From Candidatus Sysuimicrobium tengchongense (GTDB lineage Bacteria > Sysuimicrobiota > Sysuimicrobiia > Sysuimicrobiales > Sysuimicrobiaceae): 64,000 nt of DNA. Below the pieces are notes generated by a model. It had not been told where the DNA came from. It did not search any database and saw only the letters and a program-made list of their open reading frames with translations. The stretch is from NCBI GenBank assembly GCA_031460175.1, contig JAVKGW010000010.1, positions 15,127 through 79,126 on the forward strand, in the 5' to 3' direction. Positions 1-10,300 of the stretch are shown here, in pieces. Within the stretch, counting starts at the first letter, position 1. Each line of letters starts with the position of its first letter. The position numbers and the translations under genes were made by a program.

Positions 1-265
1 CCGCGAAGTAGGCCTTCTCCTGTCGCAGCCCCACCCGGTGGAACACCAGGATCCCCGCGGCTTGAGCCAGGGCTTCCACGATGAGCACGCCGGGCATCAC
101 GGGCGCGCCGGGCAGGTGTCCGGTGAAGTACTCCTCGTTGATGGTCACGTTCTTGAGGGCCACGATGCGCCCCGCCTCCGGGTCCATCTCCAGCACCCGG
201 TCCACCAGGAGGAAGGGGTAGCGGTGGGGAAGGGTGGCCAGGATCTCCTGGATGTCAAATCTCAT
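1..265 (-). CDS. fabZ: 3-hydroxyacyl-ACP dehydratase FabZ (3' part runs off the window)
   Basis: Minus-strand ATG at 265 with GGAGG RBS translates to [69 protein letters not shown]..., a typical FabZ hot-dog N-terminus. It lies directly downstream of lpxC. It is absent from the ORF table because there is no stop inside the window. Confidence 0.85.
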   Translation of the reverse strand, partial: MRFDIQEILATLPHRYPFLLVDRVLEMDPEAGRIVALKNVTINEEYFTGHLPGAPVMPGVLIVEALAQAAGILVFHRVGLRQEKAYFA

Positions 266-328
266 CGTTTCCTCCGGCCTTCAGGCCATGCGGCCGCGAG
301 ATATGGTACACGGTACATCCCCCTCCGG

Positions 329-1123
329 CTAGCCCGAGCTCCGCTGGATGGCCCGGGCAAGGCGCAGGTGAAGCGCGTGCCCTCCGCCCACACACACCAC
401 ATGGGCGACCAGCCGCTCCCCGAGGAGCGCGAGATCCCCGAGCAGGTCCAGGATCTTGTGCCGGGCGGGCTCGTCCGGGAACCGCGGCAGGTTGAGGAAC
501 CGGCCGCCCTCGAGCACGAGGGTGTTGTCGAGGCTGGCTCCCCGCGCGAGACCCTTCTCGTAAAGGGCCTCCGCGTCCTCCAGGTATCCCCACGTGCGGG
601 CAGGGGCGATCTCCGACACGAAGCGCTCCGGGGTGACCACCAGCCCGTACGCGCAGGCCTCCCGGCCCCGGAGGGGCACCACGTAGGTCACCCGCAGATG
701 GGCGTCCGGAAACGCCGCGGCGAACGCCTCACCTTCCCGGACCCACACCGGTTCCGCCAACCGGCGCTCGGGCACCTCCTCCGGCAGCTCCCGGGTTCCA
801 GCCTCCCGGAGCAGCTCCACGAACGGCAGGGCGCTGCCGTCCCCCGCGGGGACCTCCGGCCCCTCCACCACCACCCGGAGGGCGGTAACGCCCAGGGTCC
901 ACACCGCGGCGAGGAGGTGCTCCACGGTCCGCACGCCGCCCACCGCCACGCCGCGGGCCGTGTGGGAAACCGCATCCAGCCGACAGGGAATCTCCCGATC
1001 CCCCACCAGGAGCCGGATGCCCGGCCTCTCCGAGGGGAGCAACCGCAGGTGGGCGGGTTCTCCCGTATGGATGCCGAGGCCGGAGTACACCACGGGCTTC
1101 GCGATGGTCCGGTGCCTCCTCAT
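329..1123 (-). CDS. lpxC: UDP-3-O-acyl-N-acetylglucosamine deacetylase LpxC
   Basis: The 264-aa product from the internal Met of ORF 329..2035 (MRRHRTIAKPVVYSGLGIHTGEP...HKILDLLGDLALLG...) is LpxC-like. ATG at 1123 (plus-strand 'cat' at 1121-1123) overlaps the upstream stop as ATGA. The upstream 300 codons of the long ORF are Gly/Pro/Arg-rich junk in another gene's shadow. Confidence 0.9.
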   Translation of the reverse strand: MRRHRTIAKPVVYSGLGIHTGEPAHLRLLPSERPGIRLLVGDREIPCRLDAVSHTARGVAVGGVRTVEHLLAAVWTLGVTALRVVVEGPEVPAGDGSALPFVELLREAGTRELPEEVPERRLAEPVWVREGEAFAAAFPDAHLRVTYVVPLRGREACAYGLVVTPERFVSEIAPARTWGYLEDAEALYEKGLARGASLDNTLVLEGGRFLNLPRFPDEPARHKILDLLGDLALLGERLVAHVVCVGGGHALHLRLARAIQRSSG

Positions 1124-2334
1124 GGCCTCAGGAAGAGGTGAAGGGGAAGATAGGAACCCGCAGAGGGCACGGTGAGGAGCGTCACCGTGCTGCTCCCCGC
1201 CGGGGGGAGCGGTACCGTGAGCAGGTCCCGCGCGCGGCCCGCGGCCAGGTACGAGAGGTCCAGGAGCTGTCCGTTCGCCACGAACGCGGCGTACGCGGGA
1301 CCGCCCGCGGCCCGCACCGCAACCCGTGCCTCCCTGGCCTCCGGGCCGGGGTTGGTGAGTTCCAGGAGGAGTCGATAGAGGACCCCGTAATCGCCCACCA
1401 GGACCGCCTCCGTGAAGAGGTCTCGGAGAGCCCGGCTCGCGCCCACCTCCACGGTCTCTGAAGCGCCCACGGCAAGCCGCCGACGTACCTCCAGCACGGG
1501 ATGCGCGAACACCCCGCGGGGATGGCCAGTGGGTTCGGGCTCCAGATCGGGCAGGGGGGCCGGGTCCAGCACGTACGAAGGCCGGAGGCCCACGCGGATC
1601 TCCAGCCCCTCTCCCTCCAGGAGCTGTGCCTGGAGGAGTCCCGAGACCACGAAGCCCACGGGGAGATGTTGGGTCCAGAAGGTGAAGGCGCTGTGGGGAG
1701 GGAGTTCCAGCACGTAGCCGCCTCCTGAGGCCACCAGCTGCAGAAACCTCCTGGCCGCCGCGTGCCCCGCGGCCATGGTGTCGTGCCACGGCCGAGGAGC
1801 GGCCACCTGGAGGTGGATCCGCGCAGGCTGGGGCCCGGGGTTTTTGAGGCGCACGAGGACCACCATCCCGCGACCCGTGGCGTTCTGGTGGTGGTAAAGC
1901 AGGCGCACCGCCTCCCCGGGGCCGAGCCGCTCGGCGAGCAATAGACCGGGAGACCGCAGCCGCTCCGGGTTGTTGCTCACCACCAGCCGCTTGGGATCGG
2001 AAAGCGGGAGGAGAAGGTTGAGGAGGCGCACCCAAACGGTCCGCGCGAGGGGAGCCCCGGAGGGGTGCCGCGCCTCCACCCGGACGGGAAGAACCACCTC
2101 CTCCCCGGGCTCCAGGAGGGGAACCCCGGGGAGCCGGATCTCCACCGTGGCTCCCGGGAGGCGCCGGACGGTCTGTTCCAACCGCCGTGCGATGGCTTCC
2201 CGGATCACCTCCGCATCCGCGGGATTCCCCGTCACCTGAACCTCGAGGGATTCGGGGAGTTCCGCGGCGGGCGGACGGCCTAAACCCGGGAGCGCGAGCA
2301 GGAAAACCCCCAGCAGCGCGACGGAGACCCGCAT
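1120..2334 (-). CDS. exported hypothetical protein (404 aa) embedded between lpxD and lpxC
   Basis: Internal Met of ORF 1120..2607 gives MRVSVALLGVFLLALPGLG, a signal-peptide-like N-terminus. It sits 8 nt after the lpxD stop, and its stop overlaps the lpxC ATG (ATGA at 1120-1123). No family recognised by eye. Confidence 0.5.
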   Translation of the reverse strand: MRVSVALLGVFLLALPGLGRPPAAELPESLEVQVTGNPADAEVIREAIARRLEQTVRRLPGATVEIRLPGVPLLEPGEEVVLPVRVEARHPSGAPLARTVWVRLLNLLLPLSDPKRLVVSNNPERLRSPGLLLAERLGPGEAVRLLYHHQNATGRGMVVLVRLKNPGPQPARIHLQVAAPRPWHDTMAAGHAAARRFLQLVASGGGYVLELPPHSAFTFWTQHLPVGFVVSGLLQAQLLEGEGLEIRVGLRPSYVLDPAPLPDLEPEPTGHPRGVFAHPVLEVRRRLAVGASETVEVGASRALRDLFTEAVLVGDYGVLYRLLLELTNPGPEAREARVAVRAAGGPAYAAFVANGQLLDLSYLAAGRARDLLTVPLPPAGSSTVTLLTVPSAGSYLPLHLFLRP

Positions 2335-2342
2335 GAGGGGGA

Positions 2343-3326
2343 TCAGGGGGTTTCCCGCTCGCGGCGCATCCGCCGCACCATCTCCCGCAGCAGGGCGCTC
2401 TCCCGCAGCACCTCCCGGTGGGGCCGGGCGGGGAACCCGGAGACCACCGCCCCCGGCGGCACGTCCTTCGTCACCCCGGAAAGTGCCAGGACCACCGCCC
2501 CCCGGCCGATCCGCACGTGGTCCCCCACCCCCACCTGCCCCGCGATCACCACGTCGTCCTCGACCACCGTGCTCCCCGCGATCCCCGTCTGCGCCGCGAT
2601 GAGGCACCGCCGGCCGATGCGCACGTTGTGGGCGATCTGGACCAGGTTGTCGATCTTGGTGCCCGCGCCTATCCGGGTCTCGCCCAGGGTGGCGCGGTCA
2701 ATGGTCGTGCCGGCTCCCACCTCCACGTCGTCCTCCAACACCACGATGCCCACCTGCGGGATCTTGCGGGGTCCTTGCGGCTCGCGGACGAAGCCGAAAC
2801 CGTCCGAGCCCAGCACCGCGCCGCTGTGCACGATGACCCGGTCTCCCACCACGCACCGCTCTCCCACCACCACGTGGGGATAGAGGATGCAACGGGAGCC
2901 CACGCGCGCGTGAGGGCCGATGTACACATGGGGGTAGAGGATGGAGTGCGCCCCGATGCGGGCGCCCTCCTCGATCACCGCGTAGGCGCCCACCGCTACC
3001 CCTTCTGCCAGCTCCGCGGTGGCCGCGATGGCCGCGGTGGGATGAACGCCCGAGGGGTGGATCCGCGTCGGGCCCAGGGCCTCCAGCAGGATGGCCAGGG
3101 CCTGGCGGGGCTCAGGGACCACCACGGCGGGGAGGTCTTGGGGAGCCGCTTGGGACACCACCGCGGAGGCCCCCCGGGCCCGCGCGGTCTCCAAGGCCCG
3201 GGGGGTATAGCACACCACCACCGCGCCCGGCCCGGCCTCCTCCGGGGCCGCCACCCGGTCGATCTCCACGGAGCCATCTCCTACCAGGACTCCGTCCACC
3301 AGCGCCGCGAGCTCCTCCAGCCGCAT
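2343..3326 (-). CDS. lpxD: UDP-3-O-acylglucosamine N-acyltransferase LpxD
   Basis: [34 protein letters not shown]... followed by left-handed beta-helix hexapeptide repeats ([20 protein letters not shown]...[20 protein letters not shown]). ATG at 3326. Confidence 0.9.
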   Translation of the reverse strand: MRLEELAALVDGVLVGDGSVEIDRVAAPEEAGPGAVVVCYTPRALETARARGASAVVSQAAPQDLPAVVVPEPRQALAILLEALGPTRIHPSGVHPTAAIAATAELAEGVAVGAYAVIEEGARIGAHSILYPHVYIGPHARVGSRCILYPHVVVGERCVVGDRVIVHSGAVLGSDGFGFVREPQGPRKIPQVGIVVLEDDVEVGAGTTIDRATLGETRIGAGTKIDNLVQIAHNVRIGRRCLIAAQTGIAGSTVVEDDVVIAGQVGVGDHVRIGRGAVVLALSGVTKDVPPGAVVSGFPARPHREVLRESALLREMVRRMRRERETP

Positions 3327-3332
3327 GGCCGC

Positions 3333-3731
3333 TCACTTCAGTCGCTCGATGACCTGATCCGTAAGGTCACGCACGTTCCCGGAGTACACCCCGGACTTCA
3401 CCAGCACGATCCGCACCCGCTCCCGCCGAGCCACCTCCGCCACCACCTCCCGGACCCGCCGGTTGAGGCGGTCCTCCAGTTCCTGCTTGAGGCGCTGGAG
3501 CTCCAGCAGATAGGCCTGGCGCTGCTGCTCCAGGGCCTGAGGGCTCAGCCGAGCTGCGGCCGCCGCGAGTTCCGCGGCCATCAGCTTCTCCCGGTCGTTG
3601 AGCTCCTTCTGGTAGCTGAGGGCCAACACGCTCTCGTTGAGAATGCGCTGGGTGTCCACCACGCCGACCGCGGGTCCCCCGCAGCCCGAGAGGGCCAGAA
3701 CGAAGAGCGCGAGCACCACCGCCTTCCGCAT
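3333..3731 (-). CDS. skp: OmpH/Skp family periplasmic chaperone (132 aa)
   Basis: Signal/lipobox-like MRKAVVLALFVLALSGC, then OmpH-like VGVVDTQRILNES...ELNDREKLMAAEL...VRIVLVKSGVYSGNVRDLTDQVIERLK. GGAGG RBS. Confidence 0.8.
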   Translation of the reverse strand: MRKAVVLALFVLALSGCGGPAVGVVDTQRILNESVLALSYQKELNDREKLMAAELAAAAARLSPQALEQQRQAYLLELQRLKQELEDRLNRRVREVVAEVARRERVRIVLVKSGVYSGNVRDLTDQVIERLK

Positions 3732-3738
3732 TGTTTCC

Positions 3739-5025
3739 TTACCTCCGCCGAAGCCGCTGCAGCACCTCGTCCGTGATGTCGAGCCCTCCGGGGGCAGAGA
3801 GGTGCCGCACGAGCACCACGTCCAGCTTGCGCTCCAGGGCCACGGCCGCGACCTCCACCCGCACCTCCGCCAGGAGGGTCGCCTCCAGGTTCTGCTGCTG
3901 TGCCCGCAGCTCCTGAACCTGCCGCGCGAGCCGCTCCACCCGCAGCCGTTCTTCCTCCAGGTACCGTTCCTGGGCCCGGCGGCCGAGCTCCTCCAGGGCC
4001 CGCCGGGCCTCTTCCACCGCGGTCCGTTCAGCCTTGCGGGCCTCCTCCACCGCCTGCTGGATCTCCCGCCGGGCCCGCTCCCGGGCCTGTTGATTCAGGG
4101 TCTCCTGGTAGGCCTGCAAAAGCTCCCGGAAACGCCGCTCCCGCTCCCGGGCGGCCTCCGCCAGCTGCTCCTGGAGTTCCCGCTCCCGCGCGGCGATCCG
4201 CTGCCGGGCCTGAACCTCCAAGGCCTGGGCGTAGGCCTGGAGCTCCGCGTTGGCCTGCTGCCGGATCTCTTCCAGGTACGCTTCGAACTGCCTGCGCTGC
4301 TCCTTCTGGAACTCCTGGACCTTCTGGTCCCGCTCCCGCTGCAGGCGCTCGTACTCCGCCACGAGCCGATCCACCTCCTCGCGGCTACCGGGCTGCGCCA
4401 CCTCCAGCTTGAGACGGAGGTTTAGGAGGCGATCCCGGTAGACCCGGGCGGTCTCCTCCTCGTAGGCCCGGGTGGCGGCCTCCAACTCCTTGCGGCGCTC
4501 CTCCACCTTCGCCTCCAGCGCGGCCTGCATCTCCCGCTGGCGGGCCGTGAGCTGGGCCTGCTGTTCGGCCTTTACCTGCTCGGCGAACCGGTTCAGCTCC
4601 GCCCGGGCGTTGTCCTGGAGGACCCGCATCTCCGCTTGGAAGGCGGAGCGCAGCTGCGCGGCGTGGGCTTCCAGCTGCCGCTGCGTCTCCGTCCGGATGC
4701 GCTCCTGGATCTCCCGCACCCGCCGCTCCAGGGCCTGCTGGATCCGTGCGGTGGAGGAGGGGATCGTCGGAGGGCTGAGCCGCGGAGGCACGGGCGGCGT
4801 TCGCAGCTCGGCCTCCAGCTCCAGGATGCGCCGGCGCAGCTGTGCCAGCTCCTGCCCCCGCGGATGGGCCTGCAGGACCCGATCCAGGTCCACCGTGCCG
4901 ATCCGCACCGCCCGGAGCACCGGCAGAGCGGAGGGAGAGGGAGACGCCGCAGGGCGCGGGGATGCGGGCGCGCATCCCAGGAGCAGAAGGCTCAGCGCGC
5001 AAACCGGACCCAGGGCTTTCCCCAT
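3739..5025 (-). CDS. giant OmpH/Skp-like lipoprotein with about 300-aa coiled-coil insertion (428 aa)
   Basis: Starts at internal Met of ORF 3739..5610 (MGKALGPVCALSLLLLGCAPASP, lipobox; 'cat' at 5023-5025). The N-terminus resembles the start of OmpH (IGTVDLDRVLQAHPRGQEL) and the C-terminus resembles the end of OmpH (LDVVLVRHLSAPGGLDITDEVLQRLRRR). A long E/R/Q/A-rich heptad-like region lies between. Its start codon overlaps the stop of the upstream skp (TGATG at 5023-5027). Confidence 0.65.
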   Translation of the reverse strand: MGKALGPVCALSLLLLGCAPASPRPAASPSPSALPVLRAVRIGTVDLDRVLQAHPRGQELAQLRRRILELEAELRTPPVPPRLSPPTIPSSTARIQQALERRVREIQERIRTETQRQLEAHAAQLRSAFQAEMRVLQDNARAELNRFAEQVKAEQQAQLTARQREMQAALEAKVEERRKELEAATRAYEEETARVYRDRLLNLRLKLEVAQPGSREEVDRLVAEYERLQRERDQKVQEFQKEQRRQFEAYLEEIRQQANAELQAYAQALEVQARQRIAARERELQEQLAEAARERERRFRELLQAYQETLNQQARERARREIQQAVEEARKAERTAVEEARRALEELGRRAQERYLEEERLRVERLARQVQELRAQQQNLEATLLAEVRVEVAAVALERKLDVVLVRHLSAPGGLDITDEVLQRLRRR

Positions 5026-5480
5026 CACTTCGCTGCTTTGAGTTCCTTGATCACCGCGTCCGTCAGGTCCGTCCCGCCGTAGAGGACCACGGTCTTGTTG
5101 AGCACCACGGAGATCCCGTTCGCCCGGGCCACCTTCTCCACGGCCGCCCGAATGTCCCGGTCCAGGCTCGTCAGCAGCTCCGCCTGCTTGCGCAGGATCT
5201 GTTCCTGGACCTCCCGGAGGATGCGCTGCTGCTCCGCCGCGGGCTTCCCCTGGGCTTGCTTTCGGGCCTCCGTCATCTTCGCACGCGCGAACTGGTTCAG
5301 GGCCTCCTCCGCGGAGGCCTTGCGGGGGTGCGCGTCCAGGGCCCGCTGCATGTCCACATACCCGATGACCACGGACTGGCTGAACCCCACGGACCCGGAA
5401 GCGCCGACCCCCCAAGCCACTCCCGCCAGGGCCACCACCGCCGCCGCCGCGATCAGCAGGGCTTGCGTCCTGCGTTCCAT
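5025..5480 (-). CDS. skp: OmpH/Skp family periplasmic chaperone (151 aa)
   Basis: MERRTQALLIAAAAVVALAGVAWG signal, then ...VVIGYVDMQRALDAHPRKASAEEALNQF...ANGISVVLNKTVVLYGGTDLTDAVIKELKAAK. GGAGGGAG RBS upstream of ATG at 5480. Confidence 0.8.
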   Translation of the reverse strand: MERRTQALLIAAAAVVALAGVAWGVGASGSVGFSQSVVIGYVDMQRALDAHPRKASAEEALNQFARAKMTEARKQAQGKPAAEQQRILREVQEQILRKQAELLTSLDRDIRAAVEKVARANGISVVLNKTVVLYGGTDLTDAVIKELKAAK

Positions 5481-5545
5481 GGCTCCCTCCTGCGTTCGCC
5501 TTCGAGAAAAGCCCTCCGCATGGTATCACAGAGGGTCTGGCCCCC

Positions 5546-7315
5546 CTAGAAGGGGTTGCCGAACTGAAGCCACGTCTGCGTCTGCCCTCCCGGACCGATG
5601 GCGTAGTCAATCCGGATGGGCCCGAGGGGCGACTGCACCAGCACCCCCGCCCCGTACGAGAGCTGGGGCTGCTCCAAAAGCCCGAATCCGGAAGCGGCCA
5701 CGCCTCCCGCGTCCACGAAAACGGCCAGGGTCACGGACTCCAAGCCAGGCGCGAAGACCCGGAGAGGCAGCCGGTACTCCAAGCTGGCCAAGGTCATGCT
5801 CTGCCCCCGCAGGGCGCCGATGGGAAGACCCCGCACGCTCTGAGGACCGCCCACGAGGTACTGCTCCTGCAGCGGGAGGTTCCCCGCGGAAACCCCGGCG
5901 CGGACCCTTCCCACGAGGGTCCCCTGCCAGACGGGAACGTAGTGCACGTACTCCGCGAGGAGCTTCCCGAACTCGAAGTCCCCTCCCAGCAGCCGCGTCC
6001 CGTAGTCCAAAAAGGCGGAGGCATTCTGTCCGCGGGTCGCCGCGAAGGGACGGTCCCGGCTGTCATAGGTGGCCTCCACCCGGAAGGCGTGCACGAGCCC
6101 GCGGGAGAACTGGATCTTTGACCCGTCCCCTTCCAAAACGACGAAGTCCCCCCGGTCGGTTCTGAGTCCCAGGGAGAGGCTCAGGGCATCCGTGAGCCGG
6201 CGGCTGAGGGAGACGCTGCCTCCCTCCAGCAGCTGGAGGTACCGCACCCCTAGGACCCGGTCGTCGAACAGCTGCGCGGTGTCGTGCAGCTCCAGGGAGA
6301 GGGCCTGTCCTCGCATCCCGAACCAGGGATCCCGGTACTGGATGAGGAGGTTCTCCGTGGGCAGCCCGGAAAGGAGGCTCGCCTCTTGGCCGGTCAGGGA
6401 GGTGAGGTTGCGCTCGTAGCTGAGGGCCACGGAGCGCCCCATGCCGTGGAGGTTGCGCTCCGTGTACTGAACCCGGCCCAGGAAGCCCGCCTGCGGGCTG
6501 TAGCCGACCCCTCCCCCGACCTCCCGACTCGGACGCTCCTCCACCTCGATCACCAGAACCACCTTGTCCGGATCAGACCCCGGCTGGGGGTTGGCCCGGA
6601 CGTTCTCGAAAAGTCCCGTGGCGAACACCTCCTGCAGATCCCGCTGGACCCGGGGGAGGTGGAAGAGGTCATTCTCCCGCACCTGGAGGACCCGTTGGAC
6701 CACCACGGGCCGGGTGCGCCGGAGCCCTCGGACCTCGACGCGTTCCACCCGCCCTTCCCGGATCTCCACCCGCAGCACCCCTTCCCGGAACTCCACGTCC
6801 GCCACCCGCACCAGGGGATACCCCCGGTCCTGGTAGAGCTTCTCCACGTTGCGGGCCCCCGTCCGCAGATCCACGGTGTTGAGGACCCTCCCCTCCTGCA
6901 CCCCCAGGGCTTCCCGGATCTCCTCCGTGGAGACCGCGGTGTTCCCCGTAATCTCCACCCGCTGCACCACGGGGTTCTCCACCACCAAGAACACCACCAC
7001 TACCCCTTCCGGGACCGGCTGGATCCGGACCAGGACGTCCGCGAACCAGCCGCTTCCGAGGATCTGCTCCACGTCCTGCCGGATCCGGTCTCGGTCCAGC
7101 AGCTCCCCTGCACGGGATCCGATGCGGCCGAACACCACCTCCGGCGGGATCCTCTGGAGCCCCTGCACCTGGATGTCCACGATGCGCTGCGGCCCCTCGG
7201 GGGTGGGCCCTGGGCTCGGAGCAGGCTCGGGAGCCTGCGCGTCCAGCCGCGGGTTCAGGGCCAGCGTCGCCACGAGGGCCGTGAGGAGCGGGATGTTGCG
7301 TACGCGGAACCGCAA
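5546..7315 (-). CDS. bamA: outer membrane protein assembly factor BamA (Omp85), short form with reduced POTRA count
   Basis: A 589-aa product with signal peptide, POTRA-like segments (RIVDIQVQGLQRIPPEVV..., VVQRVEITGNTAVSTEEIREAL...) and a C-terminal beta-barrel ending ...TWLQFGNPF. TTG start at 7315, preceded by a GGAGGG RBS. Confidence 0.88.
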   Translation of the reverse strand: MRFRVRNIPLLTALVATLALNPRLDAQAPEPAPSPGPTPEGPQRIVDIQVQGLQRIPPEVVFGRIGSRAGELLDRDRIRQDVEQILGSGWFADVLVRIQPVPEGVVVVFLVVENPVVQRVEITGNTAVSTEEIREALGVQEGRVLNTVDLRTGARNVEKLYQDRGYPLVRVADVEFREGVLRVEIREGRVERVEVRGLRRTRPVVVQRVLQVRENDLFHLPRVQRDLQEVFATGLFENVRANPQPGSDPDKVVLVIEVEERPSREVGGGVGYSPQAGFLGRVQYTERNLHGMGRSVALSYERNLTSLTGQEASLLSGLPTENLLIQYRDPWFGMRGQALSLELHDTAQLFDDRVLGVRYLQLLEGGSVSLSRRLTDALSLSLGLRTDRGDFVVLEGDGSKIQFSRGLVHAFRVEATYDSRDRPFAATRGQNASAFLDYGTRLLGGDFEFGKLLAEYVHYVPVWQGTLVGRVRAGVSAGNLPLQEQYLVGGPQSVRGLPIGALRGQSMTLASLEYRLPLRVFAPGLESVTLAVFVDAGGVAASGFGLLEQPQLSYGAGVLVQSPLGPIRIDYAIGPGGQTQTWLQFGNPF

Positions 7316-7372
7316 GCGTGCCCTCCTGTCCGGGGATCTGATCCGCCTTTCCAGGTTCCCACCGTTCCGAAC

Positions 7373-10300
7373 CTACCACACGAATCGGCTCCGGAGGAAC
7401 ACGAGCCAGATGTTCCGGGTATCGTAAGTCAGGGTGAGGGCCAGATTGGGACTGAACCGGTACTCCAGGGACCAGATGAACTGCAGGGGATCCGTGAAGG
7501 TGGTGGTGAGGGCCAGGTAGAGGTTCTGCAGGAGAAGTCCCCCCACCCGCAACCGCAGGGGGCGCTCGGAGTCGTACTCGATGCGCAGCTCCTCCAATCC
7601 CAGAGCCCGTCGCACCCGGGCCGCGAACTCGCCCAGCACCAAGCGGCTCAACTGCTGCCGAAGCAGTTCCTCCACGTCCCCCCGAACCGCGGACGGAAGG
7701 CCAACTTCCCCGGCCAGGAGGGCCCCGAGCCGTTCAGGAGGAAGGGGGGGATCGCTGGTCAGCTGGACCTGCAGGTCTCCCGGCGGGCCCTCGAGGTTGG
7801 CGAACACCGTGACGCCTTGGACCTCCGTCCGGGCGCGGGCGGAGACAAAGGGCGTGGTCCCCCGGAAGCGCTGAAACTGGGCGGAGGCGGACTCCACTCG
7901 GAAGGTACGGCCCAGGGCGGTGAACTCCCCGTCCCTTCCCGTCACCGTACCCTCCAGCTCCGGCCGGGCGGGACTGCCCGCGAGGTGCAGCCGGCCCGAG
8001 ACCGCGAGGCGCACCGGTCCTGCCACCGCGAAGAGTCCCTCCCCGGCCACGAGCTCCAGATCCAACCGCAGGGGGACAAAACCGGTCCTCCCGGGGACAC
8101 CCCCGCCCTCCGCCATGGGGAGGATCACCTCTCCGGCCCGCAGGGTCACGCGGCCGCCGAGCCGGGGCTGTTGTACGGGGCCCTCCAGCAGCAGCCGCGC
8201 ATCCACAAGTCCCCGGTAGACCGGGGTCTGCATCCGTGCCTGAGAAGCCGTAAGGGAGAGATGGACCTGGTCGGGGCGGAGGGCCTGGAAGGCGAGCTCC
8301 CCGCTTGCCTCAACCACTCCCTCCCCTAGCCGGCCGTGCAGGTCCTCCAGCCGGGCGACCTGCCCATCGAACCGGATCCTCCCCGAGACCCCTTCCAGGG
8401 CAGGACGGAAGGCTCGGAACTGCACCCTGCCATCCGCAACCCCTGCCTCCCCCTCCCAACGGGGGGAATCCGGGGTTCCCGAGACTCGGAGGTGCGCGGT
8501 GAGGACTCCGGAGGCCGCCTCCACCAGGTGCGGGAACCAGAGATGCAAAATGCCCAGATCAACCCGGTCCGTGCTCGCCTCGAGGGAAAGGGGCCGGGAA
8601 GGGTCCACCCGGAGCGAGCCGGACCGCAGGGGAAGCCGTCCCGCGGCTCGGGCCCGGTATCCGCTTTTCTCCGCCAGCACCTGCTCCAGTACGAGCTCCC
8701 CCTCCCGGTAATAGGCCTGCCCCAGGACCCGATCCACCTGCACCCCCGCAATTCCCACCTCTCGGGCCTCCAGGGAGAGCCCGGCCACTGGTTCCTGCCG
8801 GGTCCCTGACAGCTGCAGGGTGAAGTCCAGGGTGCCGAGGAGTGGGGTACGGATTCCCGTAAGCGCTCGGAGGGCCTCCAGCTCGATCCCTTCCCCGCTG
8901 AGCTCGATGTCCGTCTCGCCCGTGAGGTTGAACGTCCCCTGAGCCCGGATGACACCCTGTCTGGCTTCGAGTTCCAGGGATCGGACGGTTACCGCGCGAC
9001 CCTGCAGTTGGAGTTCCCCCGCGGCCCTCCGGATGGGATATCCGCCAAGGTGGCCGTCCACGAGGGCGAGGGCCAAGGTCGCGGTGAGGTCCTCCATGGG
9101 GCCCCGGAGCGTGAGCCGGCCGGTGAGATCGCCGTCGGCGGAAAGAGGGCTACGGCTGAGGCGCAGGAGCGTCCCGAGCCGTCCGGACTCCGTCCGGAGC
9201 TGGAGGTCGAGCGTGGGGATCTCTTCGAGGCGAACCGTCCCCTCCAGGGTATACCGTTCGGAGCCCCGGGCCATCTCCAGGGGCCCCAGGGCGAGTACGC
9301 CCGGTCGCCACGAGACCACCCCCCCCGCGGTACCGAACCGCAAGCCGTTGAGGGCCAGATCCCGGGAGCGAACCTCCGCGGACACCACGGGCTGCCGCGG
9401 CGTCCCCCGGACGGTTCCCACGAGATCCACGCTTCCCTGCACCTGGATGGACGGCACGCGGAGCGCCCCCACTTCCTCCAGCCGGAGCCCGTGCAACGAG
9501 AAGTCCAGCTCCACCTGCTCCGGTCCCACCTGTCCGGCGAGGCGCAGATCTCCCCGATCCGTCTCCGCCTGTAGGTCCTCGATCGCCAGCCGGGCCGCCT
9601 CCCACCGGACATGCGCCCGGGCAGCCCGCACCCGCTCCCCGGCCACGGCAGCGTCTCGGAGGCGGAGGACGCCCTCTACCCTGGGATGCCGGGTGGTCCC
9701 CCAGACCCGCACCACACCCGAGACCTCACCCGTTACCGGAACCGGGAGCTCCAGGAACCGACCGAGCCGGCCTACCTCGGCCCCTTCCGTCCGCACGAGG
9801 AGATCGAGGCGCCCCTCTCCTCCCAAACCGACTTCCCCCTCCATGCGGTAAACGTCCTCCCCGTCCCGCACCGAGACCCCGCGCAGCTGGAGCGTCCGAC
9901 GCGTGAACACGAGCCCTGCCACGCCTTCCTGGAAGCGGATGGGTCCCATCTTCCCCCCCTCCACCCGCACCCGCCCCTCTCCCCGGGGATCCACCACCGT
10001 ACCCCCGATCCGGCCTGCGAAGTCCAACCTCCCCTCTACGGGGACCTTCAGGCCCAACAGGGTCCCCACGCGGGAGAGGGGGACGTTCCTGGTCACCGCG
10101 AAGAGGTCCAGGGTCCCCGCGGTGGACACGGTCCCCTGCACCCCAAGCCACGCCTCCCCGAGGTCAGCCGTGGCCGCTCCCAGCCTCAGCCTTCCCTCTC
10201 CGTAGGCGAAGGCCGCGTCAAGCCCGCGGAAGGGGACGCCGAACGCCTCCCCAGGTCCCGTGCGCAGCGCCCCCTGGACCCACACGCCCTCCGGCCCCCC

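Noticed and set aside
38-1141. 367-aa plus-strand ORF and the other long Gly/Pro/Arg/His-rich ORFs antisense to annotated genes (for example 2418..3776, 3637..4425, 6284..8329, 13505..16210, 16741..18005, 25347..26753, 31310..33154, 34635..36809, 39650..41479, 42886..44676, 49535..52873 on the minus strand, 52495..54165)
   Set aside because: Each lies opposite or out of frame with a gene that has clear homology. Their translations are low-complexity (poly-G/P/R/H runs) typical of stop-poor GC-rich DNA. No RBS was found.
3739-5610. 623-aa table ORF taken at face value as one protein
   Set aside because: Its first 195 codons overlap the 151-aa skp gene (5025..5480) in another frame and are Gly/Arg junk. 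Only the segment from the internal Met at 5025 downward looks coding.
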